The notes under the pieces were generated by a model, which was not told where the DNA came from, ran no database searches, and saw nothing but the letters and a program-made list of their open reading frames with translations. Below, in pieces: positions 12,162-24,931 of a stretch of 64,000 nucleotides of DNA. How positions within the stretch are numbered: the first letter of the stretch is position 1; every line of letters begins with the position of its first letter. The position numbers and the translations under genes were made by a program. The stretch is from Mizuhopecten yessoensis (taxonomy: Eukaryota). The stretch covers positions 1,151,228-1,215,227 of the forward strand of contig NW_018408912.1 of the NCBI RefSeq assembly GCF_002113885.1. The letters are read 5' to 3'.

Positions 12162-13375
12162 AGCCAGCAATCGACCAAGTCCACATCTGCTACAAAGATA
12201 ATAGCTATTCTGTGATGACTTTCATTTGGAAATGTTGTAAACAGGAACACAATAACTTAAAGATATTTCAAAGTTAATTTGGAAAACAGTAAGTTTCAAC
12301 ATATATTGACTTGAACATGCTGTTATGTATAGGTAGCAGAGTACAGTAGAAATGGCTTGATCCTAAAAATAAAGGGTATGTCTCAGATAAACATGGATAG
12401 CGGCTTTATCTTGCACAACACACCTACATATATATACATATTTATAAACTGCATTTTGAATTCATTTATTTTAGAAGAATGATTTTTTTTTCAAAAAGTT
12501 ATTTCCCCAGATTTGGGACTTGAGAAAACCATGGTTACCACACCAAACTCGGTAACAGAAATACTCACGTTTTAGCATAGGTTGTTCAACTGGATTTTTC
12601 ACAATATTTACACATGTGCTGAGTACAAAAATAGACTACATGAAAAGCTAGCTTTTGTTGTGTAGACCCAGATTTGTAAATGGCCAAAAATATAGTCTTA
12701 AACCAAATTTGATTTTTTTTTTAATGTGAAGCCCACATACCTGGTAGCCCACTTCATCATGTATATATGCCAATTTTAGCACTGATTTTGTTTTAAAACT
12801 TTGATACTTGTAATATTACATGGGTTATTCATTGTACAAAAATATCACCCATGGTCACCGTATGCTACCATAGAAGCAACATGAAGTTCTGTAAAAATAT
12901 TACAGCAAGACCAAAAACAAGATTTGGATATGATGTACTAACTTACTGCTAAATACTTGTAGTAGAATTGTGTATGCACTACGTACAGTTCATTTTAGAT
13001 TTAACATGTTTTGTGACCATATAAAAAACATAGAAGAAAACATATCCTATATTGTCTTATAAGACTCAAGAATGCTGTCACTTTATCCAAAGAAAGATTA
13101 TATAATTAAAACCTCCTAATTAGATATTTCAAAGTTCTTCTTCTTCCAGTATTGAGTCGATCTCCTAATACTGGAGTGTTAATTGACTCAGCACAATTAA
13201 AGTTAAAGACTTGAGTATGTTGTGTGTAAGGTCTGTTACGTAACTTTAATTAAAATAAACTGAAAATAACTGAAGAAGGAAAACAACAAAAGTATTACTG
13301 TATTTTCATTGACGACTTTTATTTCATTTAAAATTGTTACCCATGTTCTAATATGTCATAGTTTTGTATGTGTAG

Positions 13376-13484
13376 AAACCAAGTTGTGAGGACTTGCTGA
13401 AGTACAAACCGGGTGATGTGCCTCCCTGGGGATCTGATAACTTTATGAAGCCCTGCAATCCTGATGATATCCTGTTACAATTTG
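13376..13484 (+). CDS. PRMT3: PRMT3 exon 3
   Basis: KPSCEDLL...VPPWGSDNFMKPCNPDDILLQF (PW...KP...D.LLQF motif), AG/GTAAG bounded. Confidence 0.9.
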
Positions 13485-14214
13485 GTAAGAAAGAAAATAT
13501 CCCTTTTTGTTGGATATTCAATCTTGGTCAATTAGGAAAAGGATGGAAATGGTGTTTTGTTAGTGGGGAAGGTGAACGTGAACATATTCAATAGACAACA
13601 ATAAACAAATATTCTGTAATTTGGTCTTTTCAGTGCACCAGTCCATTTCTCAAATCAATTAATTAATAAAAAGTAATATTAGCTCATGGCTGAAATCCAA
13701 GTTGTTTGGTTTATTGATTCAAATGAGTTTAAGTCAGGTTTTAAGCAAGAGGTCATTTAAAGTGGTCTATGTTCAACATTTGTTATTGTACAGCAATTAT
13801 AATTTGCAGTGGTTTCATTTCCATTATAATTGTTAGTCAAGATCAAGATAAAATATTGCATCAATTTATAAACCCAGCAGATTTGTTGCCCTTATGATGG
13901 ATAATTAGTTTAAAGTAGTGAGTTTAAACAGTGTTGTACAAAATTTACAATTTTTTCCAGGAACAAAAATGCTGAAAGATTGACAGAAAATTTAAAGCAC
14001 TATATAGAAGTTTTTTTCAAGTAAACTAGTTATACATTGACCCTGTGCTATGGAAGACTATCTACCTTTACCAGGTATATTCAATTTTAGATCACTGATT
14101 AACAAGGGTACTTGCTGTTATTAAATGCAGTTTACAGTTAACTGAAAATGAATGAGTTATGAGCCATTACTCTGATTTGCTTTATCATTGTTTCTTATTT
14201 CTTATCTTTTGCAG

Positions 14215-14422
14215 ATATAGAGGATATGTTAGAAAATACAGAAAACAGTCCTATGATGAATTCTGTCAGTACTACCCAAAATGGCAGTCCAGGGGAGGCC
14301 AACATGACCTTGTCGCTGTCAGAATATCATGAACTTTGTCATAGGCTAAAGGTCGCTGAGGAGAAGTCGGCAAAGGCAGATGAACAGATTCATGAATTAA
14401 TACAGAACATGGAGAAAATGAA
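14215..14422 (+). CDS. PRMT3: PRMT3 exon 4 (linker, coiled coil)
   Basis: Strong polypyrimidine acceptor, DIEDMLE...ELIQNMEKMK, phases 1/2 fit the neighbours. Confidence 0.9.
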
Positions 14423-14497
14423 GTAAGAAGACTAGATGTATAAGTGTGATATCAGAACACACTGGGCTAGTTTAACCATATAGGAGTAAGGAGTAAG

Positions 14498-15988
14498 TGG
14501 ATTACACAGATGGAAGGATTGTGTGTGTTTGTGTAGCAGTAAATGGGTTACACAGAGGAAAGGATTGTGTAACCCATTTACTGCTACACAAACACACACA
14601 ATTCTTTCCTCTGTGTAACTCATTTACTGCTACACAAACACACAATCATTTCCTCTGTGTAACCCATTTACTGCTACACACAATCCTTCCCTCTGTGTAA
14701 CCCATTTACTGCTACACACAATCCTTCCCTCTGTGTAACCCATTTACTGCTACACAAACACACACAGTCCTTTCCTCTGTGTAACCCATTTACTGCTACA
14801 CACAATCCTTCCCTCTGTGTAACCCATTTACTGCTACACAAACACACACAATTCTTTCCTCTGTGTAACCCATTTACTGCTACACATACCCACAATCCTT
14901 TCCTCTGTGTAACTCATTTACTGCTACACAGACACACATGGGTTACACAGAGGAAAGGATTGTGTGTGTTTGTGAAGCAGTAAATGGGTTACACAGAGGA
15001 AAGGATTGTGTGTAGCAGTAAATGGGTTACACAGAGGGAAGGATTGTGTGTAGCAGTAAATGGGTTACACAGAGGAAAGGATTGTGTGTGTATGTGTAGC
15101 AGTAAATGAGTTACACAGAGGAAAGAATTGTGTGTGTTTGTGTAGCAGTAAATGAGTTACACAGAGGAAAGGATTGTGTGTATGTGTAGCAGTAAATGGG
15201 TTACACAGAGGAAAGAATTGTGTGTGTTTGTGTAGCAGTAAATGGGTTACACAGAGGAAAGAATTGTGTGTGTTTGTGTAGCAGTAAATGGGTTACACAG
15301 AGGGAAGGATTGTGTGTAGCAGTAAATGGGTTACACAGAGGAAATGATTGTGTGTTTGTGTAGCAGTAAATGAGTTACACAGAGGAAAGGATTGTGTGTT
15401 TGTGTAACAGTAAATGGGTTACACAGAGGAAAGGATTGTGTGTGTTTGTGTAGCAGTAAATGGGTTATACAGAGGAAAGGATTGTGTGTGTTTTTGTAAC
15501 AGTAAATGGGGTACACAGAGGAAATGATTGTGTCCCTCCCTAGCAGTAAATGAGTTACACAGATGAAAGGATTGTGTGTGTTTGTGTAGCAGTAAATGGG
15601 TTACACAGAGGGAAGGATTGTGTGTAGAAGTAAATGGGTTCCACAGAGGGAAGGATTGTGTGTAGAAGTAAATGGGTTCCACAGAGGGAAGGATTGTGTG
15701 TGTATGTGTAGCAGTAAATGGGTTACACAGAGGAAAGGATTGTGTGTGTTTTTGTAACAGTAAATGGGTTACACAGAGGAAAGGATTGTGTGTTTGTGTA
15801 GCAGTAAATGGGTTACACAGAGGAAAGGATTGTGTGTGTTTGTGTAACAGTAAATGGGTAACACAGAGGGAAGGATTGTGTGTGTATGTGTAGCAGTAAT
15901 TGGGTTACACAGAGGAAAGGATTGAGTGTGTATGTGTAGCAGTAAATGGATTACACAGAGGAAAGGATTGTGTGTTTATGTGTAGCAG
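14498..15988. repeat. 38-46 bp minisatellite with internal inverted block (14566-14938)
   Basis: Unit GTAGCAGTAAATGGGTTACACAGAGGAAAGGATT(GT)n; reverse-complement units in the middle block. Confidence 0.95.
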
Positions 15989-16816
15989 CGTAGTGTTTTT
16001 ACTGTTGATGATTTTAGGTTTTACATCATATAGGCTTGGTAGATAAAAGTATGTTTATAAAAAAAACAACTTCAGCTTTGTGCCACTAAACTGAGCAAGG
16101 CAGGACAAGTTATTGATGATGGTATTGTAAACGTATATTTACATTTGGTGAATGTTGATTGTGAAGAATCGATCTATCACTTGAACCTGAATTTCTGTCC
16201 ATATGAACCTGAATGCCTGAGCCGTTAACACAAACTTAAACGTCGTGATAACTGATCTGACACAGATATAGGTTTAATTTCAAAACAGATGCCACTTTAA
16301 ACAAAACATTTTTAAACAATATTTCATGCTTGCAATATATTTACTACCTAATGTAAACCGATGTAAGTTCACATTAAAATTTGTTATACAGTATATCCCA
16401 CAATGGACATTTTAAAATCTATTTATAAATACCTGTATCAGTTTAGTAGAGTATTGCTCATACTGGTATATTTTCTCTTTTATGTTTAGCGTCCTTAAAT
16501 GACCTTAGCTGTTGGTAGGAAGTTAAACCCTTTACAACAAACAGCCATCTTCTATGTTTATCAAAAGGAGCCCTGTTGATAAGCTTTTGACTGAGAGATT
16601 CAAGCAAATCCAGCTGCCCCTTTGGAATTCTCTTGAAACCTCACCTGTGCTACTTACACAAAATGAAGTGTTGATATATTTTGATAAGAATCTAGGAAAA
16701 TGATTTGAAATTGCTTAAAGGAATTATTACCCTGGTATGTTTGTTGACTTTGATTTCTATAAGGAGACTGTGTTTTAGCTACTTCAAATTAAAAATTTGA
16801 CTGTATTTATTTTCAG

Positions 16817-16958
16817 GGTTGTTACTAAGGATATTGTGATGTTACAATCTCAAGAGCCAATCAAACCACAGAATATTATAGAAACCTTGACGGAGGATGA
16901 GGATGATGCCTACTTTGGGTCCTATGCACATTTTAGTATACATGAAGAAATGCTAAAG
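16817..16958 (+). CDS. PRMT3: PRMT3 exon 5
   Basis: EDEDDAYFGSYAHFSIHEEMLK contains the type I PRMT YFxxY helix. Confidence 0.95.
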
Positions 16959-17180
16959 GTAATTGAATAGGTAATTAAAGGTTAGTAGTGAATAGGTAAT
17001 TAAAGGTTAGTAGTGAATAGGTAATTAAATGTTAGTAGTGAATAGGTAATTAAAGGTTAGTGAATAGGTAATTAAAGGTTAGTAGTGAATAGATAATTAA
17101 AGGTTAGTAGTGAATAGGTAATTAAAGGTTAGTAGTGAATAAGTAATTAAAGGTTAATAGTGAATAAGTAATTAAACGTT
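16954..17180 (+). repeat. 25-bp tandem repeat (about 8 copies) starting at the exon 5 donor
   Basis: Unit GGTAATTAAAGGTTAGTAGTGAATA. Confidence 0.9.
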
Positions 17181-17394
17181 TAAAGTACAATGTAATCAAA
17201 TAGTCAAAGGTAGGTGAGTTGTCTTTCTGAAAGAAAGTGACAAAGAAATGCTGAATTATCTTTATGTTTTCATGCTGTACAATATCGGCCAAAAGCACAC
17301 TTTGCAGTTCATTAGCTGTCTTTTGTCAGAAAATTAATTAAACTTAATCAAAGGCTTTATTAATAAGGGAGCTCTTATAATTTTACCAAAAGTT

Positions 17395-17688
17395 CCTCCT
17401 CGATATCCAGGGGTTACGCTCATATTCGCTCTCTACACACCTGGAATATGTCATAGCAAAATTGAAGGCACAAAGATAGCTGCTTGATTGGTCTCAAAGG
17501 AGAGACGCCCGACTTCAAAGCCTGTCAATTTTTACCGTTACGTGACCTCAAAATTCTTTTGATGTATGTCAAAGGATCGAACTAGTCTTATCAACATGGT
17601 GGCAAACACTGAGCCGTCAATTTTACTCTTGACATGTTCAAGGGGTGTAGAGAGTGAAAGTGAGCGTACCCCCTGGATATCGAGGATG
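17395..17688. mobile_element. 294-bp MITE with long TIRs and 8-9 bp TSD (MULE- or hAT-like)
   Basis: About 55-bp imperfect TIRs (TCCTCGATATCCAGGGG.TACGCTCA / TGAGCGTACCCCCTGGATATCGAGGA). TSD (c/a)CAAAAGTT at 17386-17394 and 17689-17697. Confidence 0.9.
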
Positions 17689-17911
17689 ACAAAAGTTACA
17701 ACATGAACATTGGCATTAATTGCTTTTATTCTTTTATTAGAAAAAACATAAATCTAAGAATTGCTAAATATATTTCTTTAAATCCATTTTTTTTGCAGAT
17801 ATCGGAAATATCAAATATTGTTATTTTATACTCGAGTGATTTGTGATTGCATGTTAATAACAATAAGCAGTTTGCTTATGCAATTTCTAACAAAAGTATG
17901 TTGTGTTTTAG

Positions 17912-18127
<216 letters not shown>

Positions 18128-18476
18128 TGACATTTTTGTCTACCATCAAAAGATATCAAAGTATCAACATTTGTTCATTCATTTCATTCAGCTGAAAAGT
18201 ATTCCTTTGGCAGTTTTTTTGTTTTCTCTATTATCATTTTGGAAAATACTTAACATAAGTGTTATGGTAGTAGTTGAGAGTGTTTGAGAAAGGACAACAT
18301 GTAAGATTACTGTTCTGGGTGATGATTTCTGAAAGACTAATACAATACTACTTTGAATGTCTAATAATGGTGAATCATTACTAAAATGGGTCATGGTATG
18401 GGATTTACCTACCTTAGTACCTTAGTATGTTTTTCATTATAAAAGTATATTTGAATTAATTAACAGATGATGATGA

Positions 18477-18701
<225 letters not shown>

Positions 18702-19162
18702 TAGCACTGTGAATAGATATTAGATTTTGTTATATTACATTACACTAGAACGCTGTCACACAAAAGCTACTGCTTTCACATGTTGCATACTAAAAGATCA
18801 GCAATTATTGTTGAGATAATTGACAAAATCGTCCTTTTATTGAAAAAAAACAACAATATTCATTATTTGTTTGTCATGCACTCCGGCTGCTTTGTAGTGT
18901 AATTTGCAACACTTGTGATTTTCCTTTTTTACCAATCAGTCTATTATGAAATGTATAATTGTTCATGCTTTGTTTGAGTATATGGAATTTTTATGAAGCT
19001 AACTGAATCTTGTTTCACAAAATCATGGAAACAGGAATTTTTTTAAAGAAATCCTCTATATCATTTTTAAAAACTGAAATACACAATTCCTTCAATAAGG
19101 AATTTTTTTTTAAGAAAGGTCTAAATTGTTATCTCCCTTAACGCTACCCTGTCTCTCTACAG

Positions 19163-19350
19163 TTCACCCAGACAAGTGTAATATCAGTCTGGTGGCATCC
19201 GGTGACCCTGACCTTCACAGTAAACATGTGACCTTCTGGGACAATGTTTATGGCTACAAGATGACCTGTATGAAGTCGGAGGTTGTTAAAGAAGCCAGTG
19301 TAGAGGTTGTCAAGTCAGAGAAGATCATTACAGATGCTGTCGTTGTTAAG
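19163..19350 (+). CDS. PRMT3: PRMT3 exon 8, dimerisation arm
   Basis: HPDKCNISLVA...FWDNVYGYKMTCMK. Confidence 0.95.
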
Positions 19351-20278
19351 GTAATTACATTCAGCTGGTTTGACATGCATGAGAAGATGTTTTCCGTCAT
19401 TTATATGTGTTTGATATAAAATGTATAAGGATTATTTACGAGAATAATTTTGGTTAGGCAGGGCAAAGTATGCTCAATCAATAAGTATCTTTATACAAGA
19501 GAGCACAATTGTAAGTGGGCTGTATGTTGAGATTACCAATACTGGACATGGAGTACTGTACATTAAATGTGAAGACCCACATTTACATGTTGATTTATGT
19601 ACATAATTTTGAACTGATTAACTCATTTTTCAGCATTATTAATCTATTATGTCAGTTTCCTGATTGAACTGTTCTTATAGTGTTGTTTGGGGATGTATAA
19701 TGCCAAGGCAATAGGTGGGGTAGTATGATGTATACCTTCCCAGAGAACACTCAGGAAAGGGCCATAAGATTTAAAACTACTTCACAGAACTGTTAACCTT
19801 GTTAACCTTGTCTGATGACCATCATTGAACTCTTCAAATGTATTTTGCCTTCTTTGTTTTTGACATGGACATAACATTTGAAATCGGTCAATAAACTGCT
19901 CAGTTTAGTAAAAAAAATCATAACAGCAATATCGTCTTTTCCTTCTCTTCTTGCTTGCAAAAAACTTTTTAAGCTGTTGAAGATATCTAGATGAAACTTG
20001 AAGCAAATCATCTTCACCCACTGAAGGTTTACAGTGTGCTTAAATTTGTATACTCTGATCTTTACCTCAAAAAAGTTTGGTCTGAGCCATAATGTTTAAA
20101 TCGTTCAAGGTCTTTTGATGAAACTTTGAAGTGCACATATATATATATATCGCCTAGAAAAAAAATCTAAAGAATCTGGCTGTTGTATGATTTAAATCTA
20201 CACCTTTATCAGCAGTATGTTCATATCTCCCTAGCACTTGTCTCTCCCTCTTACATGTTTTTACCTGTCGTTTGACAG

Positions 20279-20416
20279 GAAATTGATGTGTGTACCTGCA
20301 GACTTGAGGACTTACAATTTCACAAACACTTCTCCCTGACGGTCAAGGAGGACGGCCAAATCTATGCGATTGTCAGCTATTTTGACATGTTCTTTGATAA
20401 AGGCTGCAGCTCCAAG
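20279..20416 (+). CDS. PRMT3: PRMT3 exon 9
   Basis: EIDVCTCRLEDLQF...AIVSYFDMFF, phase 0/0. Confidence 0.93.
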
Positions 20417-20767
20417 GTAATACAATACCCTTCCTCACTTGGAATGGAAATATTTTCACCCTTTAAAAAAATAATATGTTTCATCCTTTCATGTAGATTT
20501 TTCTTTAAATAAAAATTATTTTATAGTAGTACAATGTTAAAGGCATTTATTTACAAAATATCAAATGTATGATTATTGTATGAGCATTGGCATTTCTTTT
20601 TGTGTGCCTTTTAATTGAATATATAGGGAAAACAACACCAGATACAAGATAAAGTACTGCATAAACATATTGTACTGAAGGTTCCACGGGATCAGTTTTG
20701 AAATTCATTTGTAATTTGCTGTTCTAGAACTTCAATTTCACAGAAAATAAACTGTGAATACAAAAGA

Positions 20768-21164
20768 TGAAACAATATTCTGACCCTTCAGTAAGCCTGT
20801 CATTGAAGAAATGAAACAATATTCTGACCCTTCAGTAAGCCTGTCATTGAAAAGATGAAACAATATTCTGACCCTTCAGTAAGCCTGTCATTGAAGAAAT
20901 GAAACAATATTCTGACCCTTCAGTAAGCCTGTCATTGAAGAAATGAAACAATATTCTGACCCTTCAGTAAGCCTGTCATTGAAGAAATGAAACAATATTC
21001 TGACCCTTCAGTAAGCCTGTCATTGAAGAAATGAAACAATATTCTGACCCTTCAGTAAGCCTGTCATTGAAGAAATGAAACAATATTCTGACCCTTCAGT
21101 AAGCCTGTCATTGAAGAAATGAAACAATATTCTGACCCTTCAGTAAGCATGTCATTGAAGAAAT
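20768..21164 (+). repeat. 44-bp tandem repeat x9
   Basis: Unit GAAATGAAACAATATTCTGACCCTTCAGTAAGCCTGTCATTGAA, near-identical copies. Confidence 0.95.
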
Positions 21165-21341
21165 GTTTTGAGCTGTATATAAATTAGGTTATGTTGTTGC
21201 CCTATATTATTTATTTCTGGAGAAAAACCAGCATCAAATTACTAAAGTGTTTTCTTCTAACATTGAGATGTAATATATATATACATATATACCCTAAAAA
21301 GGTAAACTGTTTATAATGAGCTAATTTATTTTATCATCTAG

Positions 21342-21429
21342 GTTACTTTTTCTACTGGTCCAGCACATACATCAACACATTGGAGACAGACAGTGTTCCT
21401 AATAGAACATCCTATTACAGTAACAAAAG
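21342..21429 (+). CDS. PRMT3: PRMT3 exon 10, THW loop
   Basis: VTFSTGPAHTSTHWRQTVFLIEHPITVTK. Confidence 0.97.
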
Positions 21430-21445
21430 GTAGGCCAATCATTTC

Positions 21446-21572
21446 AGGGTGACCTGTAAGTTCCTCAGTGGATAGGTACCAGGGTACAGGGTGACATGTA
21501 AGTTCCTCAGTGGATAGGTACCAGGGTACAGGGTGACATGTAAGTTCCTCAGTGGATAGGTACCAGGGTACA
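21446..21572 (+). repeat. 42-bp tandem repeat x3
   Basis: Unit CAGGGTGAC(C/A)TGTAAGTTCCTCAGTGGATAGGTACCAGGGTA, just inside intron 10. Confidence 0.9.
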
Positions 21573-22419
21573 TCAGCCTTGACTTGTTTGTTATCAGTGT
21601 ATTGGTCAGTGGGTTGAACCACTGGCTACTTGAGGACGACTGGGTTAGATTCCTGGTTTGGATGTGGAATTGCGGTTTTACTCACCATAGTGAAACAAAT
21701 TGCAGTCTTTTTCATTCAAAGGTTTTTTGTAACCATGCAATTGAATATTTACTTCAAAAAGTAAAGTTTTGTTAAGTCTTGCATACCAACACTAGAAGTA
21801 AACGTCTTCCAGTATGGTGGATTGTTTTAAGTATGGGTTTGCTTACTCCTATAAAGTGGCCGCTGGTCGGTCTTTTTTCTATCGGATATGATTTTGTCAA
21901 AAGTGTCTCGCCTTGTACACCTCTAACACTGTTGGAGTAGGGGTCTGCTGTGTTTGTTGTTATACAAAGTCAGTTTTTATGGCTTATGGTTATACTGATA
22001 GTTATGTTAAAAAATAGATATGTTTATATAAGCACAATGTTGAAATTAAAATACTTTGCACATGTTAATATAGATAAACTCTTCTGTGTGCCAAAGATGA
22101 CCACATAAATTTGCATATTGGTAAAAAAGATTTCAAGAGAAGACTGTAAATTGTGTCATTCTCAGTATAATCACAACTGTTATGGGGAGCGCGACTTGTG
22201 AGGTTACATTGTACATCAAGGGACATACTACTCTTATCAACTTATGTTACCACCACTATTCCAGTCCACTATCATGGTTCCTATACAACATGTTTTCAGA
22301 TTGTAATATAAGTTGTAATTTCCGCTGATATTTTCAGTTTATGATTAGTAGTCTCATTCCTTTGTCAGACTTGGTTGATCTGTTCTATAACTTTTAAAGA
22401 AAACACCATCTTGTTTCAG

Positions 22420-22529
22420 GTGAGGTTCTACAAGGGAAGATAAACTGTAAGAAGAGTAGGAAAGATCCTCGTTCTCTGGTGATATCACTGACTGTAAAGG
22501 ATTTCACACAGGTGTACTTAATGGACTAA
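22420..22529 (+). CDS. PRMT3: PRMT3 terminal coding exon
   Basis: GEVLQGKINCKKSRKDPRSLVISLTVKDFTQVYLMD*. KDPRSL is typical of PRMT3. Joined CDS is 1611 nt with an intact frame. Confidence 0.95.
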
Positions 22530-22589
22530 TTACAGGTGTACTTGATGGACTAATTACAGGTGTACCTGATGGACTAATTACAGGTGTAC
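22508..22589 (+). repeat. 24-bp tandem repeat x3.4 spanning the PRMT3 stop codon
   Basis: ACAGGTGTAC(TTA/TTG/CTG)ATGGACTAATT. Confidence 0.92.
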
Positions 22590-22786
22590 ACTCCACAGGT
22601 GTTTTCAGGAACCACTTGTGATATAACATGCACCAAGTTACACAAAGATGCATTTCTATTAAAACTGCATTTTATAACAATTGTCTGTCTACAGTAATTG
22701 TTGGTGTTTGTGAAGCCGGCATGCTGGAAGACAATCAAGGGATCGACCTGTCCGACAGTCATCTGCGGCCTCCTGATTAGATTGAT

Positions 22787-22904
22787 TGTGTTTGTTTGGA
22801 CCAAGTCTTTGTCCTGAGAACCATCAACGCAAAACAAAAGGTTGCTTGTGTTTGTTTGGACCAAGTCTTTGTCCTGAGAACCATCAACGCAAAACAAAAG
22901 GTTG
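22787..22904 (+). repeat. 60-bp tandem duplication
   Basis: TGTGTTTGTTTGGACCAAGTCTTTGTCCTGAGAACCATCAACGCAAAACAAAAGGTTG occurs twice. Confidence 0.9.
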
Positions 22905-23152
22905 AATTCACACCTTCAGGTGTGTTACTTTCTCCAGAGGATATATTAAATATCAATTGATCTACACTTAATAGTAATAGAGTGGATACGGATGTCTATG
23001 ACTTTAGTACTCTCTCTTTACCCTTAAAGCAGGGCTATATTGAGTGAGGAAGGCATTTGGAACAAGTGAACATCATATAAGGCTATGGTGTATTTGGAAT
23101 TTTAATGTTTAAATGTATTGATTATATTAACGTTTTGCTTTGTTGAGATCCT

Positions 23153-23975
23153 GGTTCACATGTACTAGTAAACACAATCAGGTTCACATTACATGTACTA
23201 GTAAACACAATCAGGTTCACATTACATGTACTAGAAAACACAATCAGGTTCACATTACATGTACTAATAAACACAATCAGGTTCACATTACATGTACTAG
23301 AAAACACAATCAGGTTCACATTACATGTACTAGAAAACACAATCAGGTTCACATTACATGTACTAATAAACACAATCAGGTTCACATTACATGTACTAAT
23401 AAACACAATCAGGTTCACATTACATGTACCAGTAAACACAATCAGGTTCCCATTACATGTACCAGTAAACACAATCAGGTTAACATTACATGTACCAGTA
23501 AACACAATCAGGTTCACATTACATGTACTAATAAACACAATCAGGTTCACATTACATGTACTAATAAACACAATCAGGTTCACATTACATGTACCAGTAA
23601 ACACAATCAGGTTCCCATTACATGTACTAGTAAACACAATCATGTTCACATTATATGTACTAGTAAACACAATCAGGTTCAGATTACATGTACTAGTAAA
23701 CACAATCAGGTTCAGATTACATGTACTAGTAAACACAATCAGGTTCACATTAAATGTACTAGTAAACACAATCAGGTTCACATTATATGTACTAGTAAAC
23801 ACAATCAGGTTCACATCACATGTACCAGTAAACACAATCAGGTTCACATTACATGTACCAGTAAACACAATCAGGTTCACATTACATGTACTAGTAAACA
23901 CAATCAGGTTCACATTACATGTACTAGTAAACACAATCAGGTTCACATTACATGTACTAGTAAACACAATCAGGT
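23153..23975. repeat. 33-bp minisatellite x25
   Basis: Unit GGTTCACATTACATGTACTAGTAAACACAATCA; source of the ORFs at 23122-24034. Confidence 0.97.
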
Positions 23976-24543
23976 TTGTATTCAGTTATAAAATGTTTGC
24001 ATTCCAAAAAATTTCATTTCGGAAAATGTTTTGAAGCTTTTCTTTTTTAAAGTCCAAATTAAAAATATGTATTTTGTTTACTAGTCGTATATGTCAATCA
24101 GTGTATTTTAACTTACCAACATTATTTAAAGAGGCATTTGTCCTGTTTTAATAATTCCTTAGTAGAATTATTGACCATTTGACTGATGTACAAGTTTTGA
24201 TCCCCTTACTGAACACCCCCCAGTAGAGATGAAATTCAACTTAACAAACTGGTCCTTGGGTTGTGGATGATACAGTCTGTGATCTGTAAATCTGATACTC
24301 TTCTCACGTCATTGTGCTCAATGTGAGCAGACATTTTATGGATGACCAAATATTTACCTTGTTAATTATGCATGTTTTTTCCTGCAATAGAATGTTCATT
24401 TAAATGTAGATTTTAGAGTGGACGGACAAACTATTACACATTACCTCATGGCTGGTCTGTGAGTCTGTACACAATCTCATCTCTAGGGTGCTTGTGATCT
24501 GATCAATGTGTGTTGTATCAGGATTTTAATTAAATGCTATCTG

Positions 24544-24549
24544 AATAAA
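24544..24549 (+). promoter_or_regulatory. Candidate PRMT3 polyadenylation signal
   Basis: AATAAA followed by GT/T-rich sequence; not unique, since variant array units upstream also contain AATAAA. Confidence 0.3.
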
Positions 24550-24931
24550 AAGTACAAACTAAAAAATGTGTTAATATCCCTAAATTTTGATGTTTATCAG
24601 TAGACTGTATTTATTGAGATATTTGAGCTGAAAAGGATTTCATCATTGTTAATTCAGTTTTGATCAAAAAAGAAAGTCACTTGTTGTCAGTTATAGATTC
24701 CCATGAAAAATTCTTTGATAATTCTTTCTTCAATTAATATTATCCCAAACAAAAGTTTTGACATTTACATGAAATATTGATCCTAAAGGAAAAGTAGCAC
24801 TGTGTAACTACAGTTTGTATCAACTAAAGTTGACAGTCTATTATTACTGAAGATCTAGTTTTGATATATCCCAAAAATGTTTAGAATTATAAACTATTGA
24901 ACATCAGTGCAACCAAACTTAATGCGTTTCT

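Noticed and set aside
21595-21665. Possible second tRNA-derived SINE head (TGGTCAGTGG ... GGGTTAGATTCC)
   Set aside because: Boxes too degenerate to support.
23122-24034. 281, 283 and 130 aa ORFs on both strands
   Set aside because: Artefacts of a stop-free 33-bp unit; no unique coding flanks.
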